Shown: positions 59,149-64,000 of the stretch, in pieces
How positions within the stretch are numbered: the first letter of the stretch is position 1
Layout: each line of letters opens with the position of its first letter
NCBI GenBank assembly: GCA_013152275.1
Contig: JAADGS010000018.1
Span: 80,136 to 144,135 of the forward strand
From: Actinomycetota bacterium
Lineage (GTDB): Bacteria > Actinomycetota > Acidimicrobiia > Spongiisociales > UBA4744
DNA length: 64,000 nucleotides
Reading direction: 5' to 3'
Made by a program: the position numbers and the translations under genes
Notes under the pieces: generated by a model
Told to the model about the DNA's origin: nothing
Databases searched by the model: none
What the model saw: the letters and a program-made list of their open reading frames with translations, nothing else

Positions 59149-61819
59149 GCAGGGTTTTGGCGGTTTCGACGACGAGGAAGATCGGGACCGCAACGGCGAG
59201 CATGAGCAGCCAGTCCTCCCAACGAAGCGGAACGGTGTGGAGCACCTTCTGCAGAAACGGAACGTAGACGGCCGCCACCTGGGCGCCGACGGTGAGCACC
59301 CACGCTCCGATCACCCACGGGTTCGTCCAGAAACCGATGCTGCGCAGAGGTCGGCGCAGCGACCGGAAGTTGAAGACGTTCATCTTCTCCAACAGGATGA
59401 TGCCGGTGAAGGCCACCGTCTGTGCAGTGGCGATCGCCTCGGGGCTGCGGCCCAGCGTCGCGAGATAGTGGTGGAAGAGCCACAGGGTCCCGATGCCGAT
59501 GTAGCCCCCGAGTCCGAGGAGCAGCGCGGCGCCCGTCTTGTTCAGGATCGGTTCTCTGGCTCCTCTCGGCGGCTGTTCCATGAGGTCTTTCGATCCCGGT
59601 TCGAGGCCCAGAGCGACGGCGGTCATGCCGTCGGTGACGAGGTTCATCCACAGAATCTGGACGGGGAGCAGGATGAGCGGTCCCTTCAGCAGGATGTTGA
59701 CGAACACGGCGACGACCTCTCCCGTGTTCGAGGAAAGGAGGTATCGAACGAACTTCTGGATGTTGTCGTACTGGCGGCGCCCCTCTTCCACCGCCCCGAC
59801 GATCGAGGCGAAGTTGTCGTCGGTCAGCACCATGTCGGACGCGGCCTTGGCCACGTCGGTACCGCGCAGGCCCATCGCGATGCCGATGTCGGCCTTCTTG
59901 AGCGCGGGGGCGTCGTTCACACCGTCGCCCGTCATCGCCACGATGTTTCCCTGGTCTTGGAGGTGGGTGACGATCCGCAGCTTGTGTTCGGGGGTGGTTC
60001 GTGCGAACAGGACGTCATGGGTGAGGAGCTCGTCGAGAGCCCCGTCGTCCATCGTGTCGAGTTCGCCACCGGTCACGGCACGTTCGACGTCCATGCCGAC
60101 GTGCCGGCCGATCGCGATCGCCGTCTCCGGTGCGTCGCCGGTGATCATGATCGGGCGGACCCCCGCCTCACGTGCCAGTGCGATGGCGGCGGGCACCTCG
60201 GGTCGGGGCGGATCGATGATTCCGACGACACCGAGCAGCGTCAGGTCGCTCTCGACCTTGTCCTCGTCGAGTTCGATGTTGGCCGGGAGCACCCTGCGCG
60301 CGAGAGCGAGCGTGCGCAGACCCTGTCCGGCGAGGAAGCGGTACGCGTCTTCGAAGGCGGTTCGGTCCTCATCGGTGAGGTCTCGCTCGGCCGTGCCCTC
60401 GAGGATCCGGGTGGCGCGCGAAAGGATCACTTCCGGGGCACCTTTCGTGAAGGCGACGAGTCCCTCGGGCCGGTGTGCCACGACGGTCATGCGTTTGCGG
60501 GCCGAGTTGAACGAGAACTCGGTGACACCCGCGCCGCCGCCGTCCGGAGTCAGCCACGCCTTGTATGCGGCGACGACGAGAGCGGCCTCGGTCGGTTCAC
60601 CGAGCTGCCTCCACCCGCCGTCGGTCTTGGTGACTCGGGCGTGGTTGCAGACCAGGCCGGTTTCGAGAAGGGCGAGCAGGTCCGGTCGGGTCCGGTGGTC
60701 GAGCTTCTGCCCGTCGACGGTGAAGTGGCCTTTCGGATCGTAGCCCACTCCGGTGATCTGCACGGGGCCCGCCGGCATCCAGATCCGTGTCACCGTCATC
60801 TCGTTCTTCGTCAAGGTTCCGGTCTTGTCCGTGCAGATCACCGTCGCCGAACCGAGCGCCTCGGCGGCCTGAAGGCGGCGAAGGAGGGCGTGACGTCTGA
60901 CCATCGCCCTGATCCCGAGTGCGAGGGTGATCGTGACGACTGCGGGGAGGCCCTCCGGCACGACGGCGACGGCGAGGGATACACCGGTGAGGAACATCTC
61001 GAGGAGGGGTTTGCCCAGGATGATGCCGACGAGGGCGACACCGGCGGAGATGGCGATCGAGATGACACCGAGCTGCTTGCCGAGCACCGCCAGTTTGCGT
61101 TGCAGCGGTGTGGGGTCTTGACCGAGGCTTTGGGTGAGCTCCGCGATCTTGCCGAACACCGTGGCCATGCCGGTGGCGACGACGATGCCGAGCGCCCTCC
61201 CGTTCGTCACGTTGGTGCCCATCCACACCATGGGGGTGCGTTCCGCAAGGTGCGTGTCGCCGGGTACGGGGTCCGTGTCCTTGTGCACGGAGCCCGACTC
61301 GCCGGTGAGTGCCGATTCGTCGACCTTGAGGTTGAGGCTCTCGACCAGACGGAGGTCGGCGGGGACCTGGTCGCCGATCTCGAGGGTGACGAGATCGCCC
61401 GGGACGAGATCGGTCCTGTCGATCTCCATCGGTTCTCCGGCCCTGGTCACACTGCAGGTCGGTGAGAGCATGCTGCGAAGCGCTTCGAGCGCCTGCTCGG
61501 CCTTCCATTCCTGAACGAACCCGAGCGCGCCGTTGAGCACGACGATGATCAGGATCGTGACGGCATCGGCGACTTCGCCGACCACGAAGGAGACCGCGGC
61601 GGCGATGAGCAGGATGATGATGAGCACATCGGTGAACTGGCGTGCGAGCACCTGATATCGGCGTGCGGCGGGGACTTCTTGGATGCGGTTCGCCCCGTGC
61701 CGCTCGAGGCGGGCGACTGCTTCGGCATGACCGAGGCCGTCTCGCTCGTTGGTGTCGAGCCGGGCGACGGCCTCCGTGACCGAGATGGTGTGCCAGTCGT
61801 CCGTTGTCTGTGCATCCAT
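59132..61819 (-). CDS. Type II cation (Ca2+-like) P-type ATPase
   Basis: TGES; PEGL; DKTGTLT; KGAPE; TGDGVNDAPAL; QILWMNLVTD. Confidence 0.95.
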   Translation of the reverse strand: MDAQTTDDWHTISVTEAVARLDTNERDGLGHAEAVARLERHGANRIQEVPAARRYQVLARQFTDVLIIILLIAAAVSFVVGEVADAVTILIIVVLNGALGFVQEWKAEQALEALRSMLSPTCSVTRAGEPMEIDRTDLVPGDLVTLEIGDQVPADLRLVESLNLKVDESALTGESGSVHKDTDPVPGDTHLAERTPMVWMGTNVTNGRALGIVVATGMATVFGKIAELTQSLGQDPTPLQRKLAVLGKQLGVISIAISAGVALVGIILGKPLLEMFLTGVSLAVAVVPEGLPAVVTITLALGIRAMVRRHALLRRLQAAEALGSATVICTDKTGTLTKNEMTVTRIWMPAGPVQITGVGYDPKGHFTVDGQKLDHRTRPDLLALLETGLVCNHARVTKTDGGWRQLGEPTEAALVVAAYKAWLTPDGGGAGVTEFSFNSARKRMTVVAHRPEGLVAFTKGAPEVILSRATRILEGTAERDLTDEDRTAFEDAYRFLAGQGLRTLALARRVLPANIELDEDKVESDLTLLGVVGIIDPPRPEVPAAIALAREAGVRPIMITGDAPETAIAIGRHVGMDVERAVTGGELDTMDDGALDELLTHDVLFARTTPEHKLRIVTHLQDQGNIVAMTGDGVNDAPALKKADIGIAMGLRGTDVAKAASDMVLTDDNFASIVGAVEEGRRQYDNIQKFVRYLLSSNTGEVVAVFVNILLKGPLILLPVQILWMNLVTDGMTAVALGLEPGSKDLMEQPPRGAREPILNKTGAALLLGLGGYIGIGTLWLFHHYLATLGRSPEAIATAQTVAFTGIILLEKMNVFNFRSLRRPLRSIGFWTNPWVIGAWVLTVGAQVAAVYVPFLQKVLHTVPLRWEDWLLMLAVAVPIFLVVETAKTLRTQGS

Positions 61820-61994
61820 GCGGTGCCGCAGGTTAGCGATTGTCGCCGGCAGCCCGGTGAGCGCCAGATCTGCGCGGTACGGGACGATGTGGCCGGGTGA
61901 CGTACAGACGAACGGCGGCGTTGTGGGCGAGAGGCGGCGAACGGCCGTGGGCGGAAGGCGACGCGGGGACTCGGGTGCCGTAGAGTCTCCTTTC

Positions 61995-62909
61995 GTGAAC
62001 GCGGCCCGTTTCCTCAGAAGAACAGTGGCAATCGGAGCACTCGGTGCCATCTCGGTCGTGTACTCGGAGGCGCTCTTCTGGGCACGATGGAGACCCGGCG
62101 ACAGCGTGGGCGGATACCTGGTCACCTGGGCCGCCTACAGCCTGGTCGTGTACCTCGTGCTGGCGGCGATCGAACACTTCGGCGTTCGCGGCGTGCTCGG
62201 CATCGCTCTCGCCGGAGCGATCTTCGGCTGGCTCGTCGAGGGAGCCGTGGCGGTGACGCTCTACAGAGACCTTCCGTGGAGCATCTCGTGGACCGCGCTC
62301 GCCTGGCATGGACTGCTCACCGTCGTCTTCGGTTGGTTCCTCGTTCCTCGAGCACTTGCCACGTGGCCGCTGCGGCGGCTGGTCCGGTGGTCCGTTCTGG
62401 TCGGGGCGGTATGGGGCATCTGGGCGATCGGCTGGAGGGTGCAGGATGGCTCCTGGACGCCCGTCGTGTCGTTTGGCCTGTTCGCGTTCGGCACGGCCCT
62501 GGTCCTCGTCCTGGGGTATGTCCTGTGGCAACGGGCCTACGTACCGGCGCGTCCTCAACGCTGGCTGATCCTTGGGGCAGCAGCTCTGCTCGCCCTGTCC
62601 GCGGCGATTCAGGCGGGAGCGATCGCCGTCGTACTGCCCGCACTGGTCGGTGTCGTGGTTGTCGTGATGAGGACCGGGCGGGGGAGGTTCGACGGATCCG
62701 GGCTCGTACCCGAGGAACCCATCCGGGCCTCTGCGCTGACGGCGCCGCCGATCGCCGCAGCGAGCGCGGTGGTCGTCTACGCGGCGTTGCAGTCCGCAAA
62801 CGTCGTCTCCAACACCGCTGCGGTCTTCTACCTGTTCAGCATGCCCGCAGGGTTCGTCGTTCTGGTCGCGGCCGTGTCGAGCGTGCTCAAAGGGATGAAG
62901 GTTTCCTGA
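61995..62909 (+). CDS. Hypothetical multi-pass membrane protein
   Basis: About 9 hydrophobic segments; YSE, GWLVEG, AWHG motifs; start uncertain. Confidence 0.7.
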   Translation: MNAARFLRRTVAIGALGAISVVYSEALFWARWRPGDSVGGYLVTWAAYSLVVYLVLAAIEHFGVRGVLGIALAGAIFGWLVEGAVAVTLYRDLPWSISWTALAWHGLLTVVFGWFLVPRALATWPLRRLVRWSVLVGAVWGIWAIGWRVQDGSWTPVVSFGLFAFGTALVLVLGYVLWQRAYVPARPQRWLILGAAALLALSAAIQAGAIAVVLPALVGVVVVVMRTGRGRFDGSGLVPEEPIRASALTAPPIAAASAVVVYAALQSANVVSNTAAVFYLFSMPAGFVVLVAAVSSVLKGMKVS

Positions 62910-62960
62910 CCGTTCCCTGCTCGCACGTGCACGTGCCGCCTATCATCTGTGAGGATTCAG

Positions 62961-64000
62961 ATGTCCGATCACACACAGGGAATCAAGAAGGACGTCGCAG
63001 AGGTCAAATTCCTCGTTCACGACCTTCGCGTCGAACGGTTCATCGACGAGGTCATCCATTTCCACGTCGGACTGGACACCGACCTGGAGTTGTACGGGAT
63101 CAAGGACCTCGGCCTGCCGACAGGCAAGGACCTGCTCGCCCTCCGAGCGAGAGCCGCCGAGCTGCGGGCCGTGTACAACGAATACGGCGAGGCGGTGCGG
63201 GGCTTTGCGGATCCTTCGGTGGTGCTTGCGGTCGGCAACCGGTACATCCGCTTGATCCACAGTCTCTGCGAGCTGATCCTGCATCCTCTCTGGAGCCACA
63301 TCGAAGAGGCGATGACGCTCCTCCCCGCCGAGTCCAGGACCGTGCGGTCGCGAAGCCACTACCGCAACACGATTCGTTGGCTGTGCGGGGTCTACTACCG
63401 GATCGAGCATTTCTGGGCGGAGCTGAGGGACGAAGACGTCACCGAGGTCTTCGATGTGGCGGGAGACATCGAGGATTATGTGCGCAACGTGGTCTACGGG
63501 TATGTGACCGAGAAGAGCTCGGCGCGCGTCGAGCTGGAGATCGGAAACCTCGAGCCTGCCGTCGTGAGCGGCAACCGGTTCAGATTCCGGCGCATGTACT
63601 TCAACCTGATCATGAACGCCGTCGATGCGATGGCAGACAAGAAGCTCGGGTTGATCCGCATCGACGAACGGACCGAGGGCGACGAGGTCGTACTGACCGT
63701 TCGAGACGACGGATCGGGCATGGCCCCCGACAAGGTTCGCCAGTTACTCACCGATCGCGAGACCCTCGACGGTGAGTTGCACTCGCTCGGATTCGTGTTT
63801 GTGCGCCAGACGGTCGCCGACTTCGGCGGGCGGGTGTCCATCGACAGTGCACTTGGAGAAGGCACGACGGTCACGGTACGGCTCCCCTACATGAAGGGCG
63901 CACCGATTCCTCCCCGCAGGGGATCCTTCTGCAAGGAGTACGACATCGCGTCGGTCGAAGAGGAACGGGTGGCGGCACATCCTTCCGTGAAGCCGGCTCC
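62961..64000 (+). CDS. Atypical HATPase_c (histidine kinase-like) protein, truncated by window end
   Basis: GAGGA RBS; open to the end; FNLIMNAVDA, DDGSGM, GEGTTVTVRLP. Confidence 0.8.
   Translation, partial: MSDHTQGIKKDVAEVKFLVHDLRVERFIDEVIHFHVGLDTDLELYGIKDLGLPTGKDLLALRARAAELRAVYNEYGEAVRGFADPSVVLAVGNRYIRLIHSLCELILHPLWSHIEEAMTLLPAESRTVRSRSHYRNTIRWLCGVYYRIEHFWAELRDEDVTEVFDVAGDIEDYVRNVVYGYVTEKSSARVELEIGNLEPAVVSGNRFRFRRMYFNLIMNAVDAMADKKLGLIRIDERTEGDEVVLTVRDDGSGMAPDKVRQLLTDRETLDGELHSLGFVFVRQTVADFGGRVSIDSALGEGTTVTVRLPYMKGAPIPPRRGSFCKEYDIASVEEERVAAHPSVKPA

Overview
A GC-rich (roughly two-thirds G+C by eye) bacterial chromosome segment, most likely an actinobacterium of the Acidimicrobiia type. That call is inferred from the proteasome activator Bpa, DUF501, a DUF222-HNH gene, WS/DGAT and the rplY-pth...mfd-mazG-eno-divIC-DUF501-tRNA-Leu synteny. 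The window holds about 65 CDS and 2 tRNAs (Arg-CCT, Leu-TAA). These include a liv-type ABC importer followed by AlaX, several amino-acid catabolic enzymes (Met gamma-lyase family, GDH, tryptophanase, DAO-family oxidase plus cyclodeaminase), arsR-arsM, a four-gene ABC exporter, a CLC-CBS-TrkA_C protein, a multi-PAS histidine kinase and a Tad/Flp pilus locus. No CRISPR array, rRNA, integrase or intact transposase was seen. The most notable unexplained signals are: (1) a 265-bp, highly base-paired intergenic element closed by perfect 14-bp inverted repeats (29182-29446; candidate ncRNA, switch or MITE); (2) sigma28/WhiG-like promoters, one driving a leaderless PAS kinase beside the Tad locus; (3) two frameshifts in the Tad locus, one fusing TadB to TadC; (4) an HtrA-like lipoprotein with Phe in place of the catalytic Ser; (5) a collapsed hsdM relic; (6) several families of short intergenic palindromic and heptameric repeats, two of which supply stop codons to neighbouring genes. 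All family assignments come from motif recognition, not database searches.
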